IMG/VR virus record: IMGVR_UViG_3300020050_015720
Reading direction: 5' to 3' (one strand)
DNA from: a virus
Taxonomy: Duplodnaviria > Heunggongvirae > Uroviricota > Caudoviricetes
DNA: 33,082 nt
Shown: piece after piece, positions 15,327 to 25,479 of the stretch
How the letters are laid out: every line of letters begins with the position of its first letter
Position numbering within the stretch: position 1 is the first letter of the stretch
Made by a program: the position numbers and the translations under genes
Notes under the pieces: model-generated
Database searches by the model: none
Seen by the model: the letters and a program-made list of their open reading frames with translations, nothing else
Told to the model about the DNA's origin: nothing

Positions 15327-16346
15327 ATGCAAAATAATGATGATTTTCTAGCTACGATGCTAGCAGACACACCACCAGTAGAACCTGTGCCACCAGCTGA
15401 TCCTCAAGACATTGATATTGTGGATTCTCCACCTACCGATCCTGAAGAGGCTGTCGTTGAACCCCCTGAAGAAGGAGATGCTCAACTTCAAGCCTATGTT
15501 GAATTTTTGACCGAAAATGAGTTAGTAGAGCTTCCTGAAAACTTTGAGTTTAAAGGAACACCAGCTGAGTTAGAGACTATATTTTCCTACACAAAACAAC
15601 GTCAGGTTGAAAAAGCAGCTGAAGCACTAGCAGCCTCTCTTCCTCAAGAGTTCAAGTCTGTATTAGACTACGCTCTAAACGGTGGACAGGATATCAAATC
15701 TTTTCTTGAAAGGTATGGTGTCGATCCTCTAATGAACGTAGATCTAACGACTACTGATGGACAAAAAGAGGCAGTATTTTTAGCACTAAAGAAAACGTCT
15801 AATTACTCTGACGAACGCATAAATAAAATAGTTGAACGGTTAGCTGAAGTTCCAGAAGATCTAGCTGAGGAGGCAAATCTTTCTTATGCAGAACTTCAGG
15901 AATTACGAAAACAAGAGCAAGATGCAGAATTACTTTCATTGAAAGAAAGTGATAGAATAGCTCGTGAAAAAGCTGAGGCAAAAACACAAGCATTGGCTGC
16001 GGCGATTGAATCTTCCCCAAGCGTTCATCCACAACGAAGAAATAAGGTCAAAGCATTTTTCTTTGATCCAATAAATACTCCTTCTGGAGTTAGTACTGGC
16101 TTTAACCAAGCCATCAATTCTATTTTAGCTAATCCTGAGCATCAGGCCCAACTAGCTGATCTATTACTGGAATACGATCCTTCAGCAGGCTTCTCTTTAG
16201 AGAGGCTTGAGCGTAAGGTGAAAACAAAAGCAACCCAACAATTCCAAGAAGCCTTAAGTAGGACTCTTGACCCAAAACAGGCCCAACGTGCCTCAACAAA
16301 ACCTCCACAGACTAATACCGATGATTCTGTTCTGTGGAACTTATAA
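15327..16346 (+). CDS. Acidic scaffold-like protein between portal and MCP (conserved position in crAss-like phages)
   Basis: Pro/Asp/Glu-rich N-terminus and coiled-coil middle; position in the module. Confidence 0.7.
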   Translation: MQNNDDFLATMLADTPPVEPVPPADPQDIDIVDSPPTDPEEAVVEPPEEGDAQLQAYVEFLTENELVELPENFEFKGTPAELETIFSYTKQRQVEKAAEALAASLPQEFKSVLDYALNGGQDIKSFLERYGVDPLMNVDLTTTDGQKEAVFLALKKTSNYSDERINKIVERLAEVPEDLAEEANLSYAELQELRKQEQDAELLSLKESDRIAREKAEAKTQALAAAIESSPSVHPQRRNKVKAFFFDPINTPSGVSTGFNQAINSILANPEHQAQLADLLLEYDPSAGFSLERLERKVKTKATQQFQEALSRTLDPKQAQRASTKPPQTNTDDSVLWNL

Positions 16347-16351
16347 TAACT

Positions 16352-19300
16352 ATGGCAAATCCTCAATCTTCCTTAATCATTAAACAGTGGGATTCCTTTG
16401 GAGGTTCCTTCATTGATTCCGATTATTTGGCGCAGGCCTATGACGGTGGCAAACCATCTTACCTGCCAGGAGCTCTTATGAAAATCTTTTCATCTGGTTC
16501 CGACTTTTTTAAAATTAAACCCTTCCTTAGCCTTACTGGCATGGGAACAAACGGAGGTCTCGAAGTTGAAAGTGAAGTAGTTCGCTGGAGGCTTCAAGGT
16601 GCAGAGCGCAAATCAGCTCGTGTACTTGAAAATGTAGAGGCTTCAAATCTGACTCCAGGTTTGAATCAAACACCTTTCCGTGTTAAATTAGATCTTGATT
16701 ACTATCAGCATCCTGATGTTATCCAAGGTGAAGACAATGACTTCAACCTTCAGGTAATGGATAAGATTACTGATGGTACTGGAACTATCTATACTCTTCG
16801 TATTTTGACTGATGATCCAACTAAATTCTTGGATCCTAAGTATCTTTCTGCGGGTCGTGCTTTTGATAAAGTATCAACAGCCGTTGCCTCTGAAGCAAAC
16901 GGAGTATTCGGTACCCAACAGTACCCAAACATCTTTGAACTTGCTAGCCAATTAGGCGCTTTTGCTCAGAAGATCGAAGTAACCGATAAGGCTTAACTTT
17001 AGGCCCTTTATATAGAAATATATATCGAAGAAGTTTCTTAATTGCTGGAAACCCCTAAAGACTTAGGTACTTTACAAGTAACAATCCTAAGTATGAAACA
17101 ATGGGCAATCAGCAGCTAAATTATAAAATGGAACATCTACCAAAAACAAAAGGAGATTGGACTTTACTAAGAATTGTAAAGAATAAGCTAGGCAGGGCTA
17201 AACTTAGATTGCAGTGTAAATGTGGAGTTCAAAGAACAGTTGACAAATGAGATTACCTAAATCTCGGAAAAATATCTGAGAAATTAAATTTAGGTTTTTC
17301 ATGCGCAAAATGTGCACACAAACTCTACTGGGCAAACAAAGAGAGCAAAGAGCTCTATAAGCTAATTCATATGGATTACGCTCAGCAAGCAAAAAGGAGA
17401 AATATACTTTTCAATCTAACACAAGAGGAAAGTTATCAATTGTTTACATCTTCTTGCCATTATTGTGGAGTACAGCCCGCGAATATCAAAAAACATGGTA
17501 GAAACAAACAAATCTCTTTCGCGTATCAGGGAATAGATCGAGTAGATCCAAACAAAGGTTATACTCACGATAACGTTCTTCCGGCTTGTCGGCACTGTAA
17601 CTACGCGAAAAGAGAAATGACTTACCTTGAGTTTATATCTTGAGTAAGTACTGTCCATTATAATTTAGTTCAACGACTATCCCCCAAAGGGAGTAGGGCC
17701 AAGTGGTCCGAAACAGAAACCTCCTCTTCTCAGGAGATGATATAGTCTGTTCTCATGGGAAACCATGAGCCGTTTATAAATTTGCCAGTTTATAACGAGA
17801 ATAGTGTAACGAACTATTCTGAACAAAAAGTGGAGACAACAAGGCCGCCTTGGCTTTGAATTCCTTGGCACCGATCCTAATGGTTCTACCAAAACCGTAT
17901 CTAAGTTCCTTCCATATGCTGAAGCTATGATGGTTGATGAACTTTACAAATCCATGGAGTGGGCACTGGTTTACGGTGAAAAATCTACTCTTAAGGGTCC
18001 AGACGGTTACTGGCAAAAAACAGGTCCTGGTGTACGCCAACAATTGAAAGATTCTTGGATTCAGTATCTCAATGGTCCTATTACTGTAAATCTTCTTCAA
18101 GATTTCTTGTTGAACATTTTCTTTGGCCGCACTGACGAAGCAAATCGTGGAATCACAATGATAAACTACCCGTTGTCTCGTGTAATAGTAATATTGCATT
18201 AGAAAACCTTTCTATATGCTGGAAACTCTTAAAGGTTTAGTTCCTATTATAATAGGTGCGAAAGCAGAAACAATACTAAACATTAGCTATGATGAAAAAT
18301 TCTAAGGCCGAAGTAATAGACAATCAGCAGATAACTATAATCAATACATATCTAAAAATAAGATCAATCTCAGGAACAGCAAGAGAACTACGACTCCCTT
18401 ACAGGGCTGTCAATAGAGTTCTTGTTCAGTCAAAATTAGCTGGAATTAAACGAAAGCAAAAAACCAGAACTCTTCAGATTGATTATTTCAAAGAGATCAA
18501 TACGCCGGAGAAAGCCTATTTTTTAGGATTACTTCACGCAGATGGATCCATTGTAAAAAGAACCAATGCAGATAAGTTTAATATGACTATCTCCCTGCAC
18601 GAGCAGGACAAAAAGATACTACTGCGTTTTGCTCAGTGTATTAACCTAGAGCCAGAGAGAGTCACTGCAAATCCCCAACTACGAGGTAGTTTGCAATATA
18701 AAATATCCATTGGTATTCAAGAGTTTATAGAGCCTATTTTAACATTAAAATCTCCGGAGATTTTAAATAAGCTTCCAAGTAATATGTATTCGCATTTTAT
18801 TCGTGGAGTATTTGATGGTGATGGGTCTATTTACAATCATAAAAGTCACGGTGGTAAACAATATTATTACTATGCAAGCTTTATTGGTTACACATGATTA
18901 TTGAATTGAATTCAAGAGGTGTGCCCAGTTAAAGCATCAAAAATCCGAACAACAAAACATAACGGAATTTCGCGCATAGAATATTTTAGCCAAAATGATT
19001 TATTGGACTTGGAAAACTTTCTTTACAAAGACTCAACTGTGCACCTTGATCGAAAGTACTCAAAATTTTTAGATATGAAATTGAATTATAGCATCTCAAC
19101 GACTAAACGAAAGGCGTCCCAACTTAAAAAAGCGGACGATGATATAGTCTAATCTCATTAGAGATAATGAGTTAATAATATGGACGGGACAACTTGGTCA
19201 GCTACTGTTCCACAACGCACTTGTCGCTGTTGCTAATGGTTTCTTGACCGTTGATTCACACTTCGTACGTTCTGCTTCTAATCCTGGTTCTTCTACTCCT

Positions 19301-19705
19301 GGTCTTGCTTATGGCGCTCAATTTGTAGAATACACAGGGCCACTTGGAATCAAGATTCGTCTTGTACACAATCCAATGTACGATTCTTTGCAGTATTGCA
19401 AACGTATGCACCCGCTTTATCCAAATATGCCTATTGATTCAGCTCGTATGACTTTCTTGAATATTGAAGGTCGCGGTGTTGAAACAGCACAAGGACTTGG
19501 CAAGAATCTTGAACTCTTGAAAGTAAAAGATACTTTCCGTTACTTCTATGTACCTGGATCCGTTACTCCAATGGGCCCAATTACAGGAAAAGGATTCGCG
19601 GTAACAGCTAAAGCTGGTTACAGTGTTCACATTGAGGGTACTTTAGGTGCCATCATTCGTGATGTAACTTCTTGCGGAGAGCTCATCACAGATTTCGAAG
19701 GATAG
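16352..19705 (+). CDS. Major capsid protein (~498 aa) in three exons: 16352-16993, 17831-18162, 19183-19705
   Basis: Joined reading ...EVTDKA|WRQQGRLGF...NRGITMM|TGQLGQLLFHNAL...GELITDFEG; crAss-type MCP features; ATG 16352 preferred over track GTG 16334. Confidence 0.88.
16994..17830 (+). mobile_element. Group I intron 1 in MCP (837 nt)
   Basis: 5' exon ends in U; P1 AAGGCU with GGCCCU (U-G wobble at G17002); P10 CUUUA with UGGAG; TGCTGGAAAC, GCAATCAGCAG, GTTCAACGACT and GATATAGTCT core elements; terminal G at 17830. Confidence 0.88.
17128..17745 (+). CDS. Intron-encoded HNH-type homing endonuclease (205 aa with TGA=Trp at 17248 and 17641)
   Basis: CKCG, CAKC, CHYCG and GIDRVDPNKGYTHDNVLPACRHCNYAK; C-terminal YLEFIS(W)V matches the family Trp position. 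Confidence 0.85.
18163..19182 (+). mobile_element. Group I intron 2 in MCP (~1020 nt; 5' splice site could alternatively follow 18159)
   Basis: TGCTGGAAAC, GACAATCAGCAG, TCAACGACT and GATATAGTCT core; P9 CTCATTA-GAGA-TAATGAG; P10 CCCGTT with exon GACGGG; terminal G at 19182. Confidence 0.85.
18289..19152 (+). CDS. Intron-encoded LAGLIDADG homing endonuclease (287 aa with TGA=Trp at 18895 and 18907)
   Basis: KAYFLGLLHADGSI and HFIRGVFDGDGSI motifs; track ORFs 18289-18897 and 18919-19152 share a frame; reads FIGYT(W)LLN(W)IQEV. Confidence 0.88.
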
Positions 19706-19706
19706 T

Positions 19707-20042
19707 ATGAATTTAGAAGCCCAACTTGGTATAAAGTTGTCGGTTCTAGTGGCAGGATTAATTGGGGGTATTGTCTCATTAACATATGAGACAAAACTCT
19801 CGTTTATGAGAGCGCTTCTATTGATAATAGGAGGAGCCTCTACGGCTGCTTATTTACACCCACTAACAGAACATTACCTTGGACTAGATAATAAATTTTC
19901 ATCTGGTGTTGGGTTTGTTCTAGGATTAGTTTCAATGAAAGTTATTAACTTTTTAATAGCTAATACTGAGGTGGTATTGCAAAAATACTTAACAATAAAT
20001 GGAAATACTCAACGCAATAGTGGTGACACTGAGCTCGATTAG
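19707..20042 (+). CDS. Putative holin (multi-TM membrane protein)
   Basis: LSVLVAGLIGGIVSL...GGASTAAYLHPL...VGFVLGLVSM pattern typical of phage holin-like proteins. Confidence 0.65.
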   Translation: MNLEAQLGIKLSVLVAGLIGGIVSLTYETKLSFMRALLLIIGGASTAAYLHPLTEHYLGLDNKFSSGVGFVLGLVSMKVINFLIANTEVVLQKYLTINGNTQRNSGDTELD

Positions 20043-20247
20043 TACAGTGTTCTTGTTGCAGGAGAAACTCTTAAGCTTGGGTAATACTAAAACGCTCTCT
20101 TTTTGGGAGATGCAGTCACTGAGAGGGCTGATAGCAACAACAAATGCAGCCCAACTAGCTACGATACTTACATCCATAACCTTTCCTGTATTGTTATTGA
20201 ATGCAACACTAGCACTAACTAAACTCTTCTTAATAAAGAAATTATAA
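19999..20247 (+). CDS. Small membrane protein (possible second lysis component)
   Basis: Several hydrophobic segments; overlaps the holin gene. Confidence 0.55.
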   Translation: MEILNAIVVTLSSISTVFLLQEKLLSLGNTKTLSFWEMQSLRGLIATTNAAQLATILTSITFPVLLLNATLALTKLFLIKKL

Positions 20248-20249
20248 TA

Positions 20250-20280
20250 TGGTCTCCACAGGAGATCAGACTTTTTGTTT
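20250..20280 (+). terminator. Possible intrinsic terminator
   Basis: TGGTCTCC-ACA-GGAGATCA followed by GACTTTTTGTTT. Confidence 0.45.
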
Positions 20281-20303
20281 AATGCAAATAAAAGGAAAAT
20301 TAA

Positions 20304-21284
20304 ATGTCAAAATTAGTATTTGTAATGTCTATTCCAAGAGCTACAACTTCTGGAATATCGGATTGGGTTTCAGAAACCTCAGGGTTAAAGCTCAAGAAAA
20401 CAAAAGTAGGACGTTCACAAGACATATTGGTAGCCCTTCCCTCAGCTAAGGTTGGGGGATTGGCTAACTTTATCTCCTACAATTATAAGATAGACCCTGC
20501 TACGGGGAAGGCCGAACTAGATAAGGATGGTAATCCTATTTTATTGCAAACCTATCTAGAAACAAAGTGGAATAAGCCAAAAGACTTTTTTTCAAATAAA
20601 CTTGTCGAAGCAAATTACAAGGGAGACGGAAGAGATCTAGGTTATTATTACAATAAGTCTTGGCCCCTGCTAGATGGCACCACTGTTTTTGATTTAGATA
20701 AGATGGATGACGAAATAGGATACTATGTCCTATTAGCTTCTTCAAAAGTTGCCAACTCGGAAAGGGAGTGGCGAGAACATAGGTGGCCAAAAGCTACTCA
20801 TTATATTGCACTTGAAAATGAAAGCGATGCTCTAAAGTATCAAAGAGCAAAGGCAAAAGCTAATGCTGTTTCTGCCCTCGCTGCTTCAGGAATGAATGAA
20901 ACAACCAGAGCTAAAATTTTGGTATTATTAGATATATCTAATTCTACTGATAAGCTATCGGCTGAACAATCATTTAATTTCTTATTTGATTACATAGAAA
21001 ACGCTAGTAGCACAAATACTAATCTAGAAAAATTTAACCACTACTGCGACCTCTTAAAGAGCGCCGAAGGAAAGGTTAGATTTGAAACTATGTACTTATT
21101 GAAACAGGCTCAGAATCTTCGAATTGTCTATGCTAAACAAGATATTTGGACATGGATACGCGAAAGTGGGGCTACTCTTGTAATTGGAGATAAATACTCC
21201 GAGGCCGTTGACTTCTTATTAAATCCAAAGAAATTGGACGAAATAGAAGAACTACGAAATCAAATTAAAGCCAAAAAAGGCTAA
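20304..21284 (+). CDS. Conserved crAss-like protein downstream of MCP
   Basis: 326 aa; position and DGTTVFDL/ATHYIALENE-type motifs. Confidence 0.65.
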   Translation: MSKLVFVMSIPRATTSGISDWVSETSGLKLKKTKVGRSQDILVALPSAKVGGLANFISYNYKIDPATGKAELDKDGNPILLQTYLETKWNKPKDFFSNKLVEANYKGDGRDLGYYYNKSWPLLDGTTVFDLDKMDDEIGYYVLLASSKVANSEREWREHRWPKATHYIALENESDALKYQRAKAKANAVSALAASGMNETTRAKILVLLDISNSTDKLSAEQSFNFLFDYIENASSTNTNLEKFNHYCDLLKSAEGKVRFETMYLLKQAQNLRIVYAKQDIWTWIRESGATLVIGDKYSEAVDFLLNPKKLDEIEELRNQIKAKKG

Positions 21285-22009
21285 TGGCATCAATAAAAGA
21301 ACTACACTACCACTTTAAACTAAATATGGATAGAGTAGATTCTTTAGCAAATCCAGACTTAAATCCCTTAGAAATAGACTTGCTTCTAAATGAAGCACAG
21401 TTAATTTTTATAAAGCAAAGAATGGGGTTAAACAACTCTAAGAAAGCGGGCTTCGAAACTTCTCAAAAAAGAATTGATGACCTTGCTAACTTAGTAGTTA
21501 AATATCCTCTTCAACCTCATATGACTCCTGTTGAAATATCAACAGGGCTCTATGAAGTAGATTTGACAAAGACAGTACTACCCTATCTTTTTTTAGTAAA
21601 TGCGTACGCATTAGTTGAAGAAAGCGAAGACTGCACTCGAAGAGTTAATTTAAAGTTCACCCAACATGATGACTTTAATGAGACGCTACGAGACCCCTTT
21701 AATAAGGCTTCGAAAGTTTCAATTCCGTACAATTTTGGAAGAAACTCTACTAATACAGGTTCTTCCATGTATCTTTATACAACACAAGTAGTTACTTCGG
21801 TAGCCCTTGAGTATGTAAAACTTCCATCAAAAGTCTCTTTAGGGACTTATACTTACATGGATGGCTTAGTATATCCGGCAAAAAGTTTTGAAACAGCAGA
21901 GCATACACACTTGGAAATAGTGGATATTGCTTGCCAATTAGCTGCTAGGAATATTGAGAATCCAGAATACATTAGTGTTCGAGACCAAAAGACACTAATA
22001 CATGAATAA
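21284..22009 (+). CDS. crAss-like tail ring/connector protein
   Basis: ELHYHFKLNMDRVDS...EIDLLLNEAQLIFIKQR...FETSQKRIDDL...EYVKLP...HLEIVDIACQLA. Confidence 0.7.
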   Translation: MASIKELHYHFKLNMDRVDSLANPDLNPLEIDLLLNEAQLIFIKQRMGLNNSKKAGFETSQKRIDDLANLVVKYPLQPHMTPVEISTGLYEVDLTKTVLPYLFLVNAYALVEESEDCTRRVNLKFTQHDDFNETLRDPFNKASKVSIPYNFGRNSTNTGSSMYLYTTQVVTSVALEYVKLPSKVSLGTYTYMDGLVYPAKSFETAEHTHLEIVDIACQLAARNIENPEYISVRDQKTLIHE

Positions 22010-22019
22010 TATATAAAAA

Positions 22020-23399
22020 ATGATCCCGACCAACTCAAATAAACGCGGCGTTGAAAAATTCATCGTTGCAAAAAGCAGCTCAACAACTGTACCTGTAACT
22101 GGTACACTCTCTAATTCAACTACTGGCAACGTAAATCTTGCTGATGGTCAAATTGGTATCGTTGCAGCTTCTTCTTTCGGTACTGTTGCTCTCAATTCTT
22201 TTATGGACGCAACCCCAACTTTGGCTGAAAATGCTGTTATACGCATTGTTCAAGGTACCCCTTATTCAAGTAATGTCAACGGATCCACTGCTAATTATCC
22301 GCTGTGGGTTCGGTCTTTGGAAACTTCCCACGATATTGATGGAAGAAACAATAACATACTTGTAACAAAGCAAGCATTTCGTCTTGCTGCTCATAATGCT
22401 TGGGTAGTAGGCGTACCTACTGCGGCTACTTCTGGTGACATCAACGTTTTAGATGAAACAGAATATCGCCTGTCTATTGGCTTCCGTTCTCGTCGCTATG
22501 ATGAGATGATGGCAACAAGTGTACTGGCTAATACTTTAACTATCTCTAAAGTAACTCCAAACTTCACAGACTTGGCAGCTACCTATCCACTTCCTATTGA
22601 CTGGATTGTAACTCAATTTGGCTACGAAGTGAATCGTAATTCTGCTGCTTTCTTGGCTTACAATCGTTACAGGGGAACTTCTCCAGTTGTAGCTTTGGCT
22701 GTTGGTGAAGCTCTTTCAGGACCAGGTGGTGCTGCTGCCGGTGTTGCTATTTCTTCACTAGTTGCTGGTGATACTCTTGCAGTATTTAACTATCGTGGTG
22801 TTGTTCGTTCAATCACTTTGTCAGCAGAAATGTTGGCTTCTTTGAATGCTGCAGCAACTGCTTCTAGCTTTACACACGTATTCACTATTGATCTTGCTAA
22901 TGCAGGAACAAACGTAGGTGGTACGGCTACTGGCCTTATCCTATTAGCTCTTGACCATTCAATGGCTTATTCTGATAAGATCCCACAGGTAAAGGTAAAC
23001 ATGGACGTGAAACTTCCAGCTGGTTTCAACTACCAAACTGTTTCTAACGTAGAAGCTGTACGTCCTGATGAAGGACAAGGGTATGGTCGCGTTTTGGATC
23101 TTTGGTATAAAGCTACTGATGGCCAACGTAAGTACGAGCAAAATCATACTGTTGATCCGGTTATCACCTTCCCTTCTCCAGTAGAAGTTGCCCAGCAATA
23201 TGTTACTTATGTTATCCACCACGGTGATTTGCAGAACAATGATTTCCATCATTCTGCTTATGGACCAAAACGTGAGATAGTGTTGATACCTAGGTATTCT
23301 ACTGGTACCACACCTCATCCAGTTATTGCTCTTCTTGACACGGCGTTAAACTCTTGGTTGCCTTCAACTGGCAATCCGTCTGTATTGACTCTCGTGTAG
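22020..23399 (+). CDS. Virion structural protein (auxiliary capsid-like)
   Basis: 459 aa with MCP-like codon bias; GQGYG...L.YKATDG motif; followed by a terminator. Confidence 0.6.
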   Translation: MIPTNSNKRGVEKFIVAKSSSTTVPVTGTLSNSTTGNVNLADGQIGIVAASSFGTVALNSFMDATPTLAENAVIRIVQGTPYSSNVNGSTANYPLWVRSLETSHDIDGRNNNILVTKQAFRLAAHNAWVVGVPTAATSGDINVLDETEYRLSIGFRSRRYDEMMATSVLANTLTISKVTPNFTDLAATYPLPIDWIVTQFGYEVNRNSAAFLAYNRYRGTSPVVALAVGEALSGPGGAAAGVAISSLVAGDTLAVFNYRGVVRSITLSAEMLASLNAAATASSFTHVFTIDLANAGTNVGGTATGLILLALDHSMAYSDKIPQVKVNMDVKLPAGFNYQTVSNVEAVRPDEGQGYGRVLDLWYKATDGQRKYEQNHTVDPVITFPSPVEVAQQYVTYVIHHGDLQNNDFHHSAYGPKREIVLIPRYSTGTTPHPVIALLDTALNSWLPSTGNPSVLTLV

Positions 23400-23410
23400 G
23401 TTATGAAATC

Positions 23411-23453
23411 AAAGGGAGATGGGACGCTAGCCGCCTCGTCTCCCTTTTTCTTT
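23411..23453 (+). terminator. Intrinsic terminator
   Basis: 10-bp stem GGGAGATGGG/CTCGTCTCCC followed by TTTTTCTTT. Confidence 0.8.
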
Positions 23454-23483
23454 ACTCCGAGTGCTCTTTATTCAGACCCTAAG

Positions 23484-25475
23484 ATGTTAACAATTGATAA
23501 AATTAAGGACCTGGATATACCTATTAATGTTTCCAGGAAAAAAAATAACATATATCCGGCCTCTGCTGGACTTGTCTTGTATAATGACTCAGTTAATCTC
23601 TACCAAGCGATAAAGCTAGTCATTACCGAATTAGGGGGAGGTGGCTCCTCCATAACTATTGAGGATGTTGAAGACACTGTAAGTAACCTATTTGTTAATT
23701 CATCAACAATAACTTTTACTTATGATGATAATGCGCCCTCAATAACAGCCACAATTAATTTAGGGGCAATAGACCACGACCAGCTATTAAATTACGTAGC
23801 AAATGAGCATATTGACCATAGTACTGTATCAATACTTTCTGGTACCGGATTATCCGGTGGTGGAGATTTAACCGCAACAAGGACACTATCTCTAACAAAT
23901 ACCGGTGTTGTAGCGGGCACATATGGAAATGGTTCTGTTGTTCCGAGTATAGATGTTGATGCTCAAGGCAGATTAACTGCTGTAGCAGCAATGCCAATCG
24001 TCATAGATCCAGCCCAAGTTTCTGATCTTGAAGAATTTATTCAGGATGAAGTTGCTAGCCTTATATCCGGAGGAACTGGAATAACAGTCACTTATAATGA
24101 TGTTACTAATTCCTTACAGATTAGCTCATCAGTTACTGCTTACACGGATGAAATGGCGCAAGACGCAATAGGTAATAATTGGTTAGACACAAGCACAATT
24201 AATTTTACCTATAATGATCCGTCGGGCACATTTTCAGCTGCTGTCATTGTAAATGCAATAGATCACGATCTTCTTTTAAATTACTCTGCAAATGAACACA
24301 TAGATCACACCGCAGTATCCATTCTTGCCGGTACAGGTATGACTGGTGGCGGCGATCTAACAACGACAAGAACTCTTGGAATACAAGATACTGGTGTTGT
24401 CGCTGGTTCATACGGAGATGGTAGTAATATACCGTCATTTATTGTCAATTCTCAAGGACAGCTCACTTCTGTCTCTTCTTATCCAGTATTGATAGGTGTG
24501 GGCCAGATTTTAGATCTTGAGGAAACTATAGACGATAGAGTTAATGCTCTACTTGTTGAGGGTGCGGGTATAACGCTAACATATAATGATGCAGCTAATA
24601 CACTTACCATAGCTTCAACAACAAGCGGAGGCAATGTAATTGGTAATGGTTCTCCAGTACAAGTAACATATTGGACAGGTACAAACACCATTGATGGCAG
24701 TAATCTATTCTTATATGATGGTGTCGGAGTAGCTATTAACCAAGGATCTGTTCCAATTGGAACAATTCTTAGTACTCAAGGGACGTCTACAAGCGTTCTA
24801 TTTAGTGGGTACGTACACAGTGATTCAACAGGTAATCCTGTGTTCCGTGTATCTGACCAAGGAGCCGTCTTCTTTGGAGCGGGGCTTGACCCATTACAAA
24901 TAGATGGAGTTGGAATTTCTCGTGGAGGCGGCTATGTCTTAGATTCTGGTGGCGGTAATATCACATTATCACCAGGAGGTGTAGTGCATGTTGAATCTCC
25001 AATGGGGATAGGAACATTTGCGGTAGGAACAGACCAACTAGTAGTAGTTGGAACAGTTCGTATTGAAATGGGTTCTGATGCAACTGGAGACATTTTGCAT
25101 AGAACAAGTTCAGGATCTCTAGGCAGATTGGGTATTGGTTCAACTGGAGAGGTTTTAACTGTTTCAGGTGCGGGCTTACCTTCATGGCAACCAGCTGGTG
25201 GAGGATCTTTACCTGGAGGTTCTCTGGGAGATATGCTAATCCATAACGGTACAACCTATGTTTCAGTTTCTCCAATAGTAGAAACACAAACAGGGATAAC
25301 TGGTAGTACTATTACTTTAGCCTCAACTCCAGTATCGTATGCTCCGTTAACTTTATATCGTAATGGTGTATATCAAGTCATAACAGACGATTATACTATC
25401 AGTAGTAATGTTATAACAGTCGTAGGACCAGCGTTGGTTTCTTCTGACAAAGTAACAGCTTTATACCATATTTAA
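23484..25475 (+). CDS. Fibre/spike-like structural protein with an internal ~163-aa tandem repeat
   Basis: ATG 23484 (track start 23403 lies before the terminator); repeated IDHD.LLNY.ANEHIDH..VSIL.GTG..GGGDLT.TRTL. Confidence 0.75.
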   Translation: MLTIDKIKDLDIPINVSRKKNNIYPASAGLVLYNDSVNLYQAIKLVITELGGGGSSITIEDVEDTVSNLFVNSSTITFTYDDNAPSITATINLGAIDHDQLLNYVANEHIDHSTVSILSGTGLSGGGDLTATRTLSLTNTGVVAGTYGNGSVVPSIDVDAQGRLTAVAAMPIVIDPAQVSDLEEFIQDEVASLISGGTGITVTYNDVTNSLQISSSVTAYTDEMAQDAIGNNWLDTSTINFTYNDPSGTFSAAVIVNAIDHDLLLNYSANEHIDHTAVSILAGTGMTGGGDLTTTRTLGIQDTGVVAGSYGDGSNIPSFIVNSQGQLTSVSSYPVLIGVGQILDLEETIDDRVNALLVEGAGITLTYNDAANTLTIASTTSGGNVIGNGSPVQVTYWTGTNTIDGSNLFLYDGVGVAINQGSVPIGTILSTQGTSTSVLFSGYVHSDSTGNPVFRVSDQGAVFFGAGLDPLQIDGVGISRGGGYVLDSGGGNITLSPGGVVHVESPMGIGTFAVGTDQLVVVGTVRIEMGSDATGDILHRTSSGSLGRLGIGSTGEVLTVSGAGLPSWQPAGGGSLPGGSLGDMLIHNGTTYVSVSPIVETQTGITGSTITLASTPVSYAPLTLYRNGVYQVITDDYTISSNVITVVGPALVSSDKVTALYHI

Positions 25476-25479
25476 CCAA

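Noticed and set aside
17128-19152. Calling the HNH and LAGLIDADG ORFs pseudogenes
   Set aside because: The only interruptions are TGA codons at Trp-compatible sites; there are no frameshifts or TAA/TAG breaks, and the motifs are intact.
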